Part shown: positions 36,958 to 47,297 of the stretch, piece by piece
How positions within the stretch are numbered: the first letter of the stretch is position 1
How the letters are laid out: every line of letters starts with the position of its first letter
From: an uncultured virus (IMG/VR IMGVR_UViG_3300031707_000002)
Taxonomy: Duplodnaviria; Heunggongvirae; Uroviricota; Caudoviricetes
IMG/VR virus record: IMGVR_UViG_3300031707_000002
Direction: 5' to 3' (one strand)
Length of the DNA: 64,000 bases
Translations under genes and position numbers: made by a program
Notes under the pieces: model-generated
Databases searched by the model: none
Told to the model about the DNA's origin: nothing
What the model saw: the letters and a program-made list of their open reading frames with translations, nothing else

Positions 36958-37494
36958 TTATCCTACATTGTCAACTATTCGTAAAGAACCCAACACACCT
37001 TTTTGTGCCTGCAAATACATATCAACTGCCTGACCTGACTCTCGTATCTGATAGTTATGATGGATCAGGATATTTGCTTCGTTAGAGTAAACACTGATTC
37101 CCAGAAGGTTAATTCGAGGCTCCCACTGATTGATTGCATTTGTCATATACACCACAACTTCGGCTCTCAATACCGAGTCATTCGGCTCGAACAAAACATC
37201 CAAAAAATGAGAACCAAACAACGGATTCATCAGACGAGAACCAACCCTCGTCGTATAGATCATCAAAATAGAAGCCTTAACAAGGTCATTAGTGTACTTA
37301 ACCCCAAAACGCCCATCTTTTCTTTTTGAAAGAGGGACCGCTGCTCCACGCCACTTAGAACCATAAGCAGTCAGGTTAGTCGGTGGGAGGGCGTACCCTG
37401 TAATAGTCGGAGAAATAGCAGGAGTAGCTTGCCAAACTTGCGGGTCTACAAGCTGACTCTGATACAACTCTGATTGAAAAGGTACGTTTGCCAT
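36958..37494 (-). CDS. gp25/GPW-like baseplate wedge protein
   Basis: SILMIYTTRVGSRLMNPLFGS..VLFEP...INQWEPRI. Confidence 0.9.
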   Translation of the reverse strand: MANVPFQSELYQSQLVDPQVWQATPAISPTITGYALPPTNLTAYGSKWRGAAVPLSKRKDGRFGVKYTNDLVKASILMIYTTRVGSRLMNPLFGSHFLDVLFEPNDSVLRAEVVVYMTNAINQWEPRINLLGISVYSNEANILIHHNYQIRESGQAVDMYLQAQKGVLGSLRIVDNVG

Positions 37495-37509
37495 ACAACT
37501 AAGTTTATC

Positions 37510-37953
37510 TTACGCCATAAACGGATCTTCCCTTGCACCCTCTTGCTTTTTAACAGAAGTCAACATAGGAGGAGGTTTGTCATACACCCACGTCCACCCA
37601 TAAATATCTGTTGCAGGAAGTGGAGGAGTCAGAGCACCACTACCACCTGCAAGATGCTTATGCGCGTTAAATTCCATCAACAAGTTCTGGTATATTTTCA
37701 CTTTTGGATCTTGAGCACCAGCATCTACCTGTCTCTTGTCATCCTCTGACTGTCCAGTACGACCGTGCATGAAGAATTTTGAGAAGTCTGAATCCACATT
37801 CACATCCGGCGCGGCGTACACATCATGCTTCATCATTGCTGCTACAGTATCCATCTTAGCTTGAATATCAATCGAAATAGTAACAATAGCACTTGTTACT
37901 GCTAAAGACATCGCATCAATAGCGTTCACTACATCATCAAGAGTTGCTGGCAT
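37510..37953 (-). CDS. hypothetical baseplate-region protein
   Basis: 147 aa containing 'FNAHKH' (spike-tip-like HxH motif). Confidence 0.55.
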   Translation of the reverse strand: MPATLDDVVNAIDAMSLAVTSAIVTISIDIQAKMDTVAAMMKHDVYAAPDVNVDSDFSKFFMHGRTGQSEDDKRQVDAGAQDPKVKIYQNLLMEFNAHKHLAGGSGALTPPLPATDIYGWTWVYDKPPPMLTSVKKQEGAREDPFMA

Positions 37954-37959
37954 AATCCC

Positions 37960-38277
37960 TCACCCTGAGAATGTTATCATAGAACCCTGTGTAATAACAC
38001 CAGAACCACCAGAACCAACAACAGAATCCATCACTCTTGCAAAACCCGAACCGTTATCACCCTTAGTTATCACTGACCCACCCACAACATGACCAGTACC
38101 ACAGATATTACAATTCAATTGAACCTGATCCCCCTGACGAACAACATAATTTCCATCCAGTTTCTTAGTCTTATCTCCTGAAATCAACTGACCACCCGGA
38201 GGTTGAAAATACGGGTATGCATTGTGACTGCAATTGTATTGCACAAGATCATTATTTCGTGCCGCTGCTTGACCCAT
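37960..38277 (-). CDS. PAAR-like spike tip protein
   Basis: AARNND..C.H, VVRQGD, ARVMD...ITQGS repeats. Confidence 0.8.
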   Translation of the reverse strand: MGQAAARNNDLVQYNCSHNAYPYFQPPGGQLISGDKTKKLDGNYVVRQGDQVQLNCNICGTGHVVGGSVITKGDNGSGFARVMDSVVGSGGSGVITQGSMITFSG

Positions 38278-38280
38278 TAC

Positions 38281-38997
38281 TCACCTATTCGACAAAGAAG
38301 ACAAATTCTTTCGCATATCCGTACAACTATTCATCGTTGCCTGTTGAGAACTGGTCATTACTTGTACGTTTCCAGCAGGATCAAAATTCAGTAAACTTTT
38401 CAAAGAATTGTACAGAACTACATTCGGGTCACTCTGTCCGTCAGGATACTTACCTAACAAACATGACAAAGAATCATCCGTAGCTTTTATCAAAACTTGC
38501 ACTCCAGACACACGAATAATCGCGTCAAACGCCTCCTTCATCCTCGCTATAGACCCCAACGGTGACTTCGCCAGAGCCACAGAAACCATCTGAGAAGCCA
38601 ATGCCTGTGCGTCCTTGGCCTTCGAGTTGGCAAGGTTCACATAAGACGTTACCTGTGCTAAAACCGCTGCTGGAGGATTATATGGATCAAACGGACCATT
38701 GTTAAGAACATACGTCTGAACCCAATCAATAATAGCCTGAGCACTCGGCAAAAGACAGACTGCTATTGGACAATTCAAAATCAAATCAAGGTACTCTGTC
38801 GGAGTTAGCAGATGTACCGGAGGAATTGCAAAGTTACTAAGCAACGCATCCAAATCATACCCCGAAGAGAGCTTTGCCAATTTAGCTGTGATCTTGTTCA
38901 TTTTATCTACAACAACCTGAAGTTTCTTGTTTACATTTGCTAAATTAGCAATACCATTATCAAACAAATCTTGACAAGTCGAAGTAGGTAATGCCAT
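38281..38997 (-). CDS. hypothetical helical protein
   Basis: 238 aa, between the spike and PAAR genes. Confidence 0.65.
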   Translation of the reverse strand: MALPTSTCQDLFDNGIANLANVNKKLQVVVDKMNKITAKLAKLSSGYDLDALLSNFAIPPVHLLTPTEYLDLILNCPIAVCLLPSAQAIIDWVQTYVLNNGPFDPYNPPAAVLAQVTSYVNLANSKAKDAQALASQMVSVALAKSPLGSIARMKEAFDAIIRVSGVQVLIKATDDSLSCLLGKYPDGQSDPNVVLYNSLKSLLNFDPAGNVQVMTSSQQATMNSCTDMRKNLSSLSNR

Positions 38998-39007
38998 AGC
39001 TTACTGC

Positions 39008-39661
39008 TCAGTACATGTCGTTAGTAATCTGCATTGCCTTATGCGCCAATGTACCGGGAGTCTCTTCTGTCATACCACCATCTGCCTTCAATTTCCAGTT
39101 ACCACCAACACTAAAAGTACAGTCACCAGAAACATCAATAGTAAGATCACCTTTTACCTTAATATCCATGTCATCTTTCGTTGAGTCAATAAGAATAGAA
39201 TTCCCGTTTTTGTCAGAAATTTCTACTGACTCTTTCCCACTCTTATCTACAAACTTGAGATAATGACCGCCCCTTGTTTTCAACATTCGAGTTTCAGGGT
39301 ATCCATCCTGAGCTTCTTTTGGAATTTCCGTCTGACCATTCGGAGCACCAAACCACGTACCCACCCAAACAGGGTACATATAATCACCATTTATGAACGT
39401 AACCCAAACAGTATCTCCAACATTCGGAATAAAAACAAACCCGTAGTTATTTCCCCCACCATCCAATGCCATATACTCAGCCCACGGCAATTTGTCCTTG
39501 TCATCCTCATACTCAGAATCGTGAATAAAGGGGATATAGACCTTGAGCTTACCTACTTTATCAGGGTCATTATTGTCCTTGCACCACGCACGATAAATAC
39601 CACCCAGACGCTCCTGTGGGGTCATCCCGTCCTTTATCATCTGTGCAGCAGTAATACCCAT
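39008..39661 (-). CDS. baseplate spike (gpV / gp5-VgrG OB fold)
   Basis: DNNDPDKVGKLKV..LPWA..GFVFIPNVGDTVWVTFINGD..YPVWVG and beta-helix repeats. Confidence 0.9.
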   Translation of the reverse strand: MGITAAQMIKDGMTPQERLGGIYRAWCKDNNDPDKVGKLKVYIPFIHDSEYEDDKDKLPWAEYMALDGGGNNYGFVFIPNVGDTVWVTFINGDYMYPVWVGTWFGAPNGQTEIPKEAQDGYPETRMLKTRGGHYLKFVDKSGKESVEISDKNGNSILIDSTKDDMDIKVKGDLTIDVSGDCTFSVGGNWKLKADGGMTEETPGTLAHKAMQITNDMY

Positions 39662-40917
39662 TATTTCTCCGCAGTCTTAGTAACCAAATTTGATTCTCTA
39701 ACCTCTCTTAGAATATTTCCAATCTTATTCTTTGTCTCTTTGTCATATTGTGAAGCTGATTTTGGAGTATTCATAGTGCTTCTTGATAACTCCAAACTGG
39801 ATGTGAAGTTTCCCCCATCAATACTATCAGTAATACCAGTTATCCAATATATCCCTGACAAAGGATGTATTCTATCTTGAGAAGTAATCACAATAAATTC
39901 AACATACCCCATAATCGGCAAGTGTGAATCACCCAAAAGCTCTGCTGTAGCTGTATAATTATTTAGATTATACACAGCAAATCTTGACTTTGCCTGATCA
40001 TCTATATGCTCTTGTTTTGGATGTGCTGACTTAATTACCCTTGATGGAGAATTACCTTTTGCAGTCGGAGCATTTGATAGTTTTCCAGAAATAATCTGTA
40101 TAGATGAATTTGAACTATCCACAATACTCTTGATTATTTTCTTTGTCTTTGGATCAACACTTTCTACATACACACTATGCGCCCCAAGAAACGCTTGCAT
40201 ATATGCTTCATCATTAGGAGCAAAAGAAATCACCTCACCATTCATACCCCGATACACAATATAAGTCTTATAGACACTAATATCATTACTATTCTTTGAA
40301 TTATATAGAGGAGTGTGAAAATGAAGTGCTCCTTTTTCATCGTAGAAAAAGGTATAACCACTCAAACCTTTAAGATTTACCGCTCTTGGTACAAGTTCAT
40401 TCTGAATAAAATACACATCATTACAATTTCTCTTAACAATAGGACTATCAAACCCACCTCTTGTTTTTTCAATCATAGTCTCTTTTATGTTGTTATCATC
40501 TGCATACTGTTGAACAATATCAGAAATCCGAGTCCCTGCCTTATATGACAAGTTATTTCTGTTGTATGTAGAAACAACACTCTCATCATAGAAATCCAGT
40601 TTTAGTGTAACACCGTCAGAAGAAAACTCCGGTGTATACGCTGTAATCTTCCCCTTTCTCTTAGGAGAGGGAGCATCCGACCACCCATAAACAAACTCAA
40701 CATCAGCCAATGTCTGATTCTTCAAAAGAACAAAAGACTCTAAATAAGTCCAATTTGGATCAAACAAGGTAATTGATCCAGTGTTCCCTTTACCATTAAT
40801 CTTTCTATCGTAAGTAAAGCTCTGAAAATAGTTGTAAACAGGGATAGACGTTCCGTTAATTGATAACTCAAAATACGTCTGCCTTAATGTACCTGAAGGA
40901 AGATATGTCTCTACCAT
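39661..40917 (-). CDS. baseplate hub (gpD/gp27-like)
   Basis: SITLFD, ISDIVQQYA, LHFH, AELLGD, SGIYWITGITDSIDGGNFTSSLEL. Confidence 0.75.
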   Translation of the reverse strand: MVETYLPSGTLRQTYFELSINGTSIPVYNYFQSFTYDRKINGKGNTGSITLFDPNWTYLESFVLLKNQTLADVEFVYGWSDAPSPKRKGKITAYTPEFSSDGVTLKLDFYDESVVSTYNRNNLSYKAGTRISDIVQQYADDNNIKETMIEKTRGGFDSPIVKRNCNDVYFIQNELVPRAVNLKGLSGYTFFYDEKGALHFHTPLYNSKNSNDISVYKTYIVYRGMNGEVISFAPNDEAYMQAFLGAHSVYVESVDPKTKKIIKSIVDSSNSSIQIISGKLSNAPTAKGNSPSRVIKSAHPKQEHIDDQAKSRFAVYNLNNYTATAELLGDSHLPIMGYVEFIVITSQDRIHPLSGIYWITGITDSIDGGNFTSSLELSRSTMNTPKSASQYDKETKNKIGNILREVRESNLVTKTAEK

Positions 40918-40919
40918 AT

Positions 40920-41237
40920 CTAACTCACAAGACTATTAAGAACAAGTTTGACACTATCAAAAGCTGGAATCCTTATTCGCATACCGGGAATAAGTTCTTC
41001 AAAAATATCCTCAACCTTATTTGCATGAGCAATAACCCACCACAAATTAGGGTCATTATAATACATAACAGCAATCAAATCCAATCTTCCTATTTGAGTT
41101 TCAATAACAGTATGAATAATATCGTTATCAGACTCAGGAAACACTATAGGTTCCCAAATGTCAAAATACTCCGTACCATTTCGATTGATTAACGGGGTGT
41201 TCAACATCCGAGAAGTTGGCTTTAGGTCTATGGACAT
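40920..41237 (-). CDS. LysM-like / gp53-type baseplate protein
   Basis: RLDLIAVMYYNDPNLWWVIAHAN...PGMRIRIP. Confidence 0.85.
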   Translation of the reverse strand: MSIDLKPTSRMLNTPLINRNGTEYFDIWEPIVFPESDNDIIHTVIETQIGRLDLIAVMYYNDPNLWWVIAHANKVEDIFEELIPGMRIRIPAFDSVKLVLNSLVS

Positions 41238-41911
41238 CAGAATCCCTGCCTTACTTCAGTTCTCCAAGTATCCTGTAACACGGCAGAATTAGCAATATTA
41301 GTATACTGTCCATCCTTACGAAGAAGATTGTCTGCACCAAAAGAAACATCATACCCAGATATAGGAATATCACTAACAACACCAAGAGTCAAACTACATT
41401 CGGCAGACATAGGTAACAAAGGGTAGTTAGCTCTCCCCGGAACATCTGCAAGCTCGTTTACTTCCCAAGGTGCCCTATAAACAGGAGTAGCCTCTTTTAC
41501 AATGCACATCTTTGCAATCAACTCTCCAAAAACAAAAAGAACTTTTGGAGGCCTGTATGATATTCCACCATAATTAACAGGGTATTTCAGGGATCTTAGA
41601 AAGTTTACCTTGGCTATCACATCTTGAAACACATTTGTATATGAAAAGAACTGAAGTGTGAAAGAAAACTCCTCGGCAGAAGTATTCTGGTATACCTGAT
41701 ACGGTGCCCAACGTCCAACAATCTCTATGTCATTATAGGTTGGTTCTGCCCCAGAATGGTTTATCTCCTCTGGTAAGTAGGTAAATCCAAGCCGAGTAAA
41801 GGCAAACAAGTCCCTCAACTTCTGAGGATAGTCTCTATCAATCAGAAGATACGCCTTGTTCTCGTGGTCAGCGTAAGAATAATTACTACCACCTGTCACA
41901 GCACTTGACAT
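41237..41911 (-). CDS. tail tube initiator (contractile-injection-system tube-like)
   Basis: PEEI..YNDIEIVGR..YQNTS..FSFTLQF..LRSLKYP..PPKVLFVFG. Confidence 0.7.
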   Translation of the reverse strand: MSSAVTGGSNYSYADHENKAYLLIDRDYPQKLRDLFAFTRLGFTYLPEEINHSGAEPTYNDIEIVGRWAPYQVYQNTSAEEFSFTLQFFSYTNVFQDVIAKVNFLRSLKYPVNYGGISYRPPKVLFVFGELIAKMCIVKEATPVYRAPWEVNELADVPGRANYPLLPMSAECSLTLGVVSDIPISGYDVSFGADNLLRKDGQYTNIANSAVLQDTWRTEVRQGF

Positions 41912-41920
41912 ATCAAACTC

Positions 41921-44509
41921 CTACCAAATAGCCACACCCAAATCAGACAAAGGAATACCACCAACTGAAGTAGCTCCGCCTTTTCTTGTTTTCTTTTGCT
42001 CCTCAAGCTGTTTCTTTTGTAAGGCTCTCGCAGCATCCATACGTTTTTCCATACCAGACATATCAACATTTACAATTACATCCTTTCCATTATCTCCTCG
42101 TATAACAGCACCCATTCCCATATCAGCACGAACAGCTTGAACATCTGCTTCTTTTTTACCAAAAAGCTGCTTAGTCCATAACTCTCCAATACCTTTCGCT
42201 TCATCCCCTATATTTCCAAAAAACTGCTTCCAAGAAATCTCACCCTGAGCAAGAGAAACCAATGAACCTATAACAGACGCAAGTGCTCCAAATGCCTTTA
42301 AGACAGTCAAAATAGCTCCTACAATACCCTTAACTACATTAAGAACCCACTCTAAAACTTGAACTAATCCAGTAGATACTAAACTAGCAAGCCACGTCAA
42401 CCCATCACCAAGCATCTTAAAAGCATCACCAGTTCCTTTTGACCCAAAAGACTGTGATATAAAAGAAGTTATTGTATCAATTAACTGCATAAAGTCAAGA
42501 CGTAGCTGTTCTAAGGCTATTCTAAAAGGAAGAGACTTCTTATAGGCAGTATATAAAGAAGTAGCCAAAGTTATCACTAATCCTACAAGTCCACCAAGTT
42601 TCAAACCTCCAAGAAGTTTAGGAAATATCTTTACCAATCCAGACAAGAATTTTCCTATAAACGGAACTTTTGTTCCCAATCCAGTAAATAAACCCTCAAC
42701 TGCTTTACTGGATTTAGCGAAAGACTTAACAAAAGCCATTTCTGACCTTTTCCCCGCCAAAGAAAAAGCATTAGGATCAATATATTTCTCTGCTAACTTC
42801 AAAGCAGACTTCTTTTCAATTGGCTTACTCATCCCCTTAATAATATTCCCCATAACCCCCTTCATACCTTTTCCACCGGACTTACCAAAAAGAAATTTAG
42901 GAATCAACCCTAATTTCTCTCCCTTTTCTAAATCTTTTGCTCCTCCCAAAAACCCCTTAAAGAACTTACCCATACCGGACATCTTCATCAATCCAGTAAA
43001 GAAAAACAAAGACTCAAGCATGGGTAAAAGACCCTCAAGTGTACTTACAAGATTATTAAACAAAGGGAAAGTCTTTGTAAAATTCGTGGCTGCAATGTTA
43101 ATCTGCTGCCATAATGTCTTAGATTCACGATTATCCTTGTTTATCTGTTCATATACACCATGAGCATCACTTAGATGATCTGACATTTGCGCAGTAACCT
43201 GTACAGCCTTATCTCCTCTTGCAGCAAGATCAATCAAAGCCTCTCCTTGAATACCAAAAACCTGAGAAAATGTATCCCTCAATTTAGAAGCTGCATAACT
43301 TGATCCTCGTGTTTGTGCAGCTAAATCAACTAACTGTTTCATAATCGTTTCAGGATGTCCTTCTGTCAAAGCTGACTTAACAGATTCAGCAGAAAGACCT
43401 AACTTACTTAAATTTTGAATAGCTTCAGGAGATCCTAAAATAGCTTCCTTTATTACATCATTCAAAACATCAGCGTCAACGCCAGCATTATACATACCAG
43501 CACCTAAAGAAGCCATAGACTTCACTGCTTTCTTTGTCTGCTCAGGCGACCATATTCCTGTCATATCCTTAGCAATATTAGCAGCTTTTTCAAGATACTC
43601 AGTTATATTACTAAGACCTATAGTAATTCCAGTAGTCTTTTCCATACTCTTAAATCCCTGAGACATATCAAGGACTAACTGGTTTACATCATCCGCAGAT
43701 AACTGAGTATAAAACGACAAATCTTTAGCAAACTTAGAAAGATTTTCCCCTTGAAAATCCTCAACAAGACCCAAAGATTTAGATAGCTTAATTGCGTCCT
43801 GCTCAGACAATTCTGATTCTTTTCTTAAATCAAACATACTCTCAAATGTCTTGTCTATATCATAACTTGCACCATCAAAAGAGGTAGTCAAAACTTTTCT
43901 GGTCTGTAACATCTCATCCCGCGTCTGCCCAAAATGTTCTCTTAATTTCTTAGTAAGATCAACAACACTGGAAGTATGAGTTTCTATGTCAGAATAATCA
44001 CTTTTCAAACCACGCATCATATCCGACATCTCACCCATTGCCCCACCAGCAACCATAGACCTCATCCATCGAAAATCTCCATCTTTCCACTTTTTCAAAG
44101 GAATAACAGCTTCGGGACCGTTCTCGCCAATCAACGCTGATGTAGGTCGTGTTACAATACCACCCTCTGCCAACGGAACAAGTCTCGGCAACCTTCGTAA
44201 CTTCACATCAACACTAACTTTCCCAAACTTCCCTCTTGACAACTGTGAAAATGAGGCCATCAAGCCTACAGCCTGATGGCCTATCTCCACATACTTCTCC
44301 ATCCCTCGAATAATGCGCTCTAACCCATTCGTAAACAACCCTGTCTGATTAGCCTTCTTGTAGGCTTCATCCATAGCAGAAGTCAATTGACGGTAAGCAG
44401 AAGTAACCCTTTTCAAGTGGGGAGACGCATCATCAATAAATGACAACAGGAAGCCCACGTTCGACATCCCGATAGAAGCACTTCCACCTGTACCCGGAGA
44501 CATATTCAT
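41921..44509 (-). CDS. tape measure protein
   Basis: 862 aa, helical; LAEGGIVTRPT..IGENGPEAVIPL motif; hydrophobic C-terminal repeats; follows the chaperone genes. Confidence 0.8.
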   Translation of the reverse strand: MNMSPGTGGSASIGMSNVGFLLSFIDDASPHLKRVTSAYRQLTSAMDEAYKKANQTGLFTNGLERIIRGMEKYVEIGHQAVGLMASFSQLSRGKFGKVSVDVKLRRLPRLVPLAEGGIVTRPTSALIGENGPEAVIPLKKWKDGDFRWMRSMVAGGAMGEMSDMMRGLKSDYSDIETHTSSVVDLTKKLREHFGQTRDEMLQTRKVLTTSFDGASYDIDKTFESMFDLRKESELSEQDAIKLSKSLGLVEDFQGENLSKFAKDLSFYTQLSADDVNQLVLDMSQGFKSMEKTTGITIGLSNITEYLEKAANIAKDMTGIWSPEQTKKAVKSMASLGAGMYNAGVDADVLNDVIKEAILGSPEAIQNLSKLGLSAESVKSALTEGHPETIMKQLVDLAAQTRGSSYAASKLRDTFSQVFGIQGEALIDLAARGDKAVQVTAQMSDHLSDAHGVYEQINKDNRESKTLWQQINIAATNFTKTFPLFNNLVSTLEGLLPMLESLFFFTGLMKMSGMGKFFKGFLGGAKDLEKGEKLGLIPKFLFGKSGGKGMKGVMGNIIKGMSKPIEKKSALKLAEKYIDPNAFSLAGKRSEMAFVKSFAKSSKAVEGLFTGLGTKVPFIGKFLSGLVKIFPKLLGGLKLGGLVGLVITLATSLYTAYKKSLPFRIALEQLRLDFMQLIDTITSFISQSFGSKGTGDAFKMLGDGLTWLASLVSTGLVQVLEWVLNVVKGIVGAILTVLKAFGALASVIGSLVSLAQGEISWKQFFGNIGDEAKGIGELWTKQLFGKKEADVQAVRADMGMGAVIRGDNGKDVIVNVDMSGMEKRMDAARALQKKQLEEQKKTRKGGATSVGGIPLSDLGVAIW

Positions 44510-44701
44510 TTATCGAATCCTTGGCATTCTCAGAGAACGCATCTTGTTCTTCGACATTGCCTTTGCCTGTTCTTCTTCCTGCCGTCGTTCTTCTTTCTTG
44601 GTATCTGCTAACTTCCCATGAAGGTATCTTACCCGCTCCCACGGAAGAGACTCGGCCCACTCAGCAGCTATGTGTCCATAATAGGACAACTCAAAAAGCA
44701 T
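44510..44701 (-). CDS. tail assembly chaperone, second ORF (possibly a frameshift extension)
   Basis: MLFELSYYGH..EWAESLPWER; lies in the +1 frame of the upstream ORF. Confidence 0.65.
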   Translation of the reverse strand: MLFELSYYGHIAAEWAESLPWERVRYLHGKLADTKKEERRQEEEQAKAMSKNKMRSLRMPRIR

Positions 44702-44705
44702 GTCA

Positions 44706-45512
44706 TCAATGTCCGACTGTTTCCCGTCTGCGTGGACGAAAAAATTCCGCCGTAAAGGGCATCATCACCTCATCCAAGTAGCTGCACTTGCGGCACTCGG
44801 TATTAACAATAAGAGAAATTCCAGACTCCTTCTCCTCTACATCATTTGAAATTTCGTTAATATCACCCGCATCCAACCCAGAGACATAAGACTCCTTTGC
44901 ATAATAATCCAAATCTGCCTTATCACCAACAGACTGAAGCATCGTAGCTATCCGCATAATGAAAGAAGGATCAGAAGGATCAGTTGACTGCATAATCATA
45001 CGCTTTGCACTCTTAGCAATAGCATTCTCGTCCCTACCCCTCAAAAATCGGTAGGTGATAATATCCCCAGAATTAGGCAGCTTCAACTCAACAGGCTCTT
45101 TAGTGTCTGGAGATAGTTCTTTCGTTTTCAACTCGGTAGATATGTCAATCTTCTCCTTGTATTGTGCTCCACACGCCTCACACTTCAATGGGAACTCATA
45201 GATAGCACCCATAGAACGTGTACGAAGAATCAAAAGCGTGTACATCCTATCAGTCAAAAGAAAATCCGTAGGATCAAGCTGACAATTCACAACACATGAT
45301 GAGATAATCATGTTCAACTTGACCATTGCATCTCCACCGGGATTATACAAAATCGAAAGTTCTTTTGCCGTCAACGGACGTAAAAGAACCGTACCATCAG
45401 GTACTTTACCATCATAGAGCAAGCCCTTACTTGGTAAAGTAATGGAGAAAGTGTTAGAGGGAAGAACAGAGACACCAGACGTAGGAAGACCACTCGGAAT
45501 ACCCGTAGCCAT
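44706..45512 (-). CDS. T4 gp26-like baseplate hub / tail assembly chaperone
   Basis: TLPSKGLLY, LRPLTAKE, DR..LL.LR..S.G, CEAC...CRKC, MPFTAEFFRP. Confidence 0.8.
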   Translation of the reverse strand: MATGIPSGLPTSGVSVLPSNTFSITLPSKGLLYDGKVPDGTVLLRPLTAKELSILYNPGGDAMVKLNMIISSCVVNCQLDPTDFLLTDRMYTLLILRTRSMGAIYEFPLKCEACGAQYKEKIDISTELKTKELSPDTKEPVELKLPNSGDIITYRFLRGRDENAIAKSAKRMIMQSTDPSDPSFIMRIATMLQSVGDKADLDYYAKESYVSGLDAGDINEISNDVEEKESGISLIVNTECRKCSYLDEVMMPFTAEFFRPRRRETVGH

Positions 45513-45551
45513 AACAACTCCTCATGTTGAGGTTGTGAAGAAAAGTAAAAC

Positions 45552-45600
45552 AAAAAAGAAAGCATGGAGTGACAATTAGGAAACTGTCACGCCAATGCCC
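45552..45600 (-). terminator. intrinsic terminator after the tail tube gene
   Basis: GCATTGGCGTGACAG...TTGTCACTCCATGC followed by TTTCTTTTTTG. Confidence 0.65.
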
Positions 45601-45605
45601 TCTTA

Positions 45606-46163
45606 CTATGCACCAACAAGGTCCACATTCGCCAAGTCTCTTGCCGCATAACACTTATCAATCGAAATTGTCAAAGAAACCTTAACTGGCTCAGAAGAAG
45701 CCATGTCGATTGTACCTGCATTGTACGTCGTAGGCCACATACCAATACAAGTCCAGAAACGATTGTACTGCTGATTAGGACCAAACAACTGCACCTCTCC
45801 ACGCTTCTTGTAGTTACGCGCAAGACCAATACGACCCGTCACCGGATCATACACCTCTTCATGCCACAGCTTCAAAACACGGGCAGTTCTCTGATCCACA
45901 AAATCTTTGAAAACAACCTCCATGTCCTCAAACGTGACCAGACCAGCAATCTTCCTCTTCTCATTCAAGAAGTTTGTATCAATCGCTTCCACCGTCGTTA
46001 CAGGCAACGGAAAGGACTGAAGAGAAAGAGTGATAATTGGCTCGCCTCGGGATATTACATCATTCTCAGCAAGACCAAATATCCGAATCAACGCATTGTT
46101 ACCTCTCTGCTCTTCAAACGCCCCGCCCTGTGCGGCCAGGTGGGACGCGCTCAAGTCATTCAT
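45606..46163 (-). CDS. tail tube protein (T4 gp19-like)
   Basis: RKIAGLVTFEDMEVVFKD..W...YKKRG..GMWP..G.ID. Confidence 0.85.
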   Translation of the reverse strand: MNDLSASHLAAQGGAFEEQRGNNALIRIFGLAENDVISRGEPIITLSLQSFPLPVTTVEAIDTNFLNEKRKIAGLVTFEDMEVVFKDFVDQRTARVLKLWHEEVYDPVTGRIGLARNYKKRGEVQLFGPNQQYNRFWTCIGMWPTTYNAGTIDMASSEPVKVSLTISIDKCYAARDLANVDLVGA

Positions 46164-47280
46164 TTTGACTCCTTTGTGATGGTTTGTTAATGTGTTTTCT
46201 CAATAGTATCTCATTCATAACCTGACAAACACAATCATCAAAACTATTCTCAATCTCATCATAAGTAAACCGGAAAACTGCCCAACCACTCTCTTTCATA
46301 AACTTATCCCTCCTAAAATCTTTAAGAACTACCTGCTTTGAAGTTCTATGCTCCTCTCCATCACACTCAATATCAATACTAAGAGAAGGAATTGCTATAT
46401 CAAGAAAATATGGCGGGTAAGGATACTCAAGTATGGATTCAGGAATTGCCTTGTGAAGTTTTATCTGTAAAGGGCTTGTAACAACTACCAACTTCCTCCT
46501 ACCCTCAGAATATAACACATAATAAGACCCATCTTTTTTCCTGTCCTCTATCACATCAACTTTACTTCGCACGTACAAACCAAGACGAGCAAAGTTATTG
46601 GAAACACAAGCCTCACAAACACCAAGTTCCTTAGCAACTGTTTCTATGCTCTTACATTCCATATACCTTTTATGTGCAGAAATCCAATCAACAGAGTCAA
46701 GTTTTGCTTTATTAAGAGACACACCAATACTATTCCACCGCTTAGAAGCAATAATTCTATTTTTGTTAATCTTATGAGACTCAAAATTATCACAAACCTT
46801 CAGTCCAATTAGTCTAAACCTATTATACAAACAAGAAACAGATACCCCTACATCTCCACACAAGGAATCTAAACTCTCTCCATTCATATACCTCTCATGG
46901 ACATCAAAATACTTCTGATGCTCAACGGGAGAATTTAATATCCTTCTCTTTGTACGCTCAGTAGGACAACAAACCTCATAACCACCAGAACGAAAAGACG
47001 TGTAAAGATAAGCAACAGATACCCCAAACTTTTTACAAATCTCTGAAATATTTACACAACCCATATACATCTTATGAGCCTCGACAACATCAAACGGATT
47101 CCTCTTCTTAGGAAGATTCTCACAACCAACAGCATGAAGACCCCTACTAACAGTAGACCTGTCTATCCCAAGTGATAGAGCAATAGCCCTGTAAGACATA
47201 CCCTCTTGGTACATCTTCAGGGCTATACCCTTATCAAACTCTGCTTTATACCACCTTCTCATTTTCCGTAACAACCCCAT
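46156..47280 (-). mobile_element. free-standing homing-endonuclease-like gene (HTH repeats + Vsr/DUF559-type nuclease)
   Basis: Four MY/RY..G.S...I...G(V/I)S HTH repeats; C-terminal YFLDIAI...IECDGEEH...DFRRD...GWAVFRF. Inserted between sheath and tube genes. Confidence 0.75.
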
Positions 47281-47297
47281 AAGAATGTTAAAAAACA

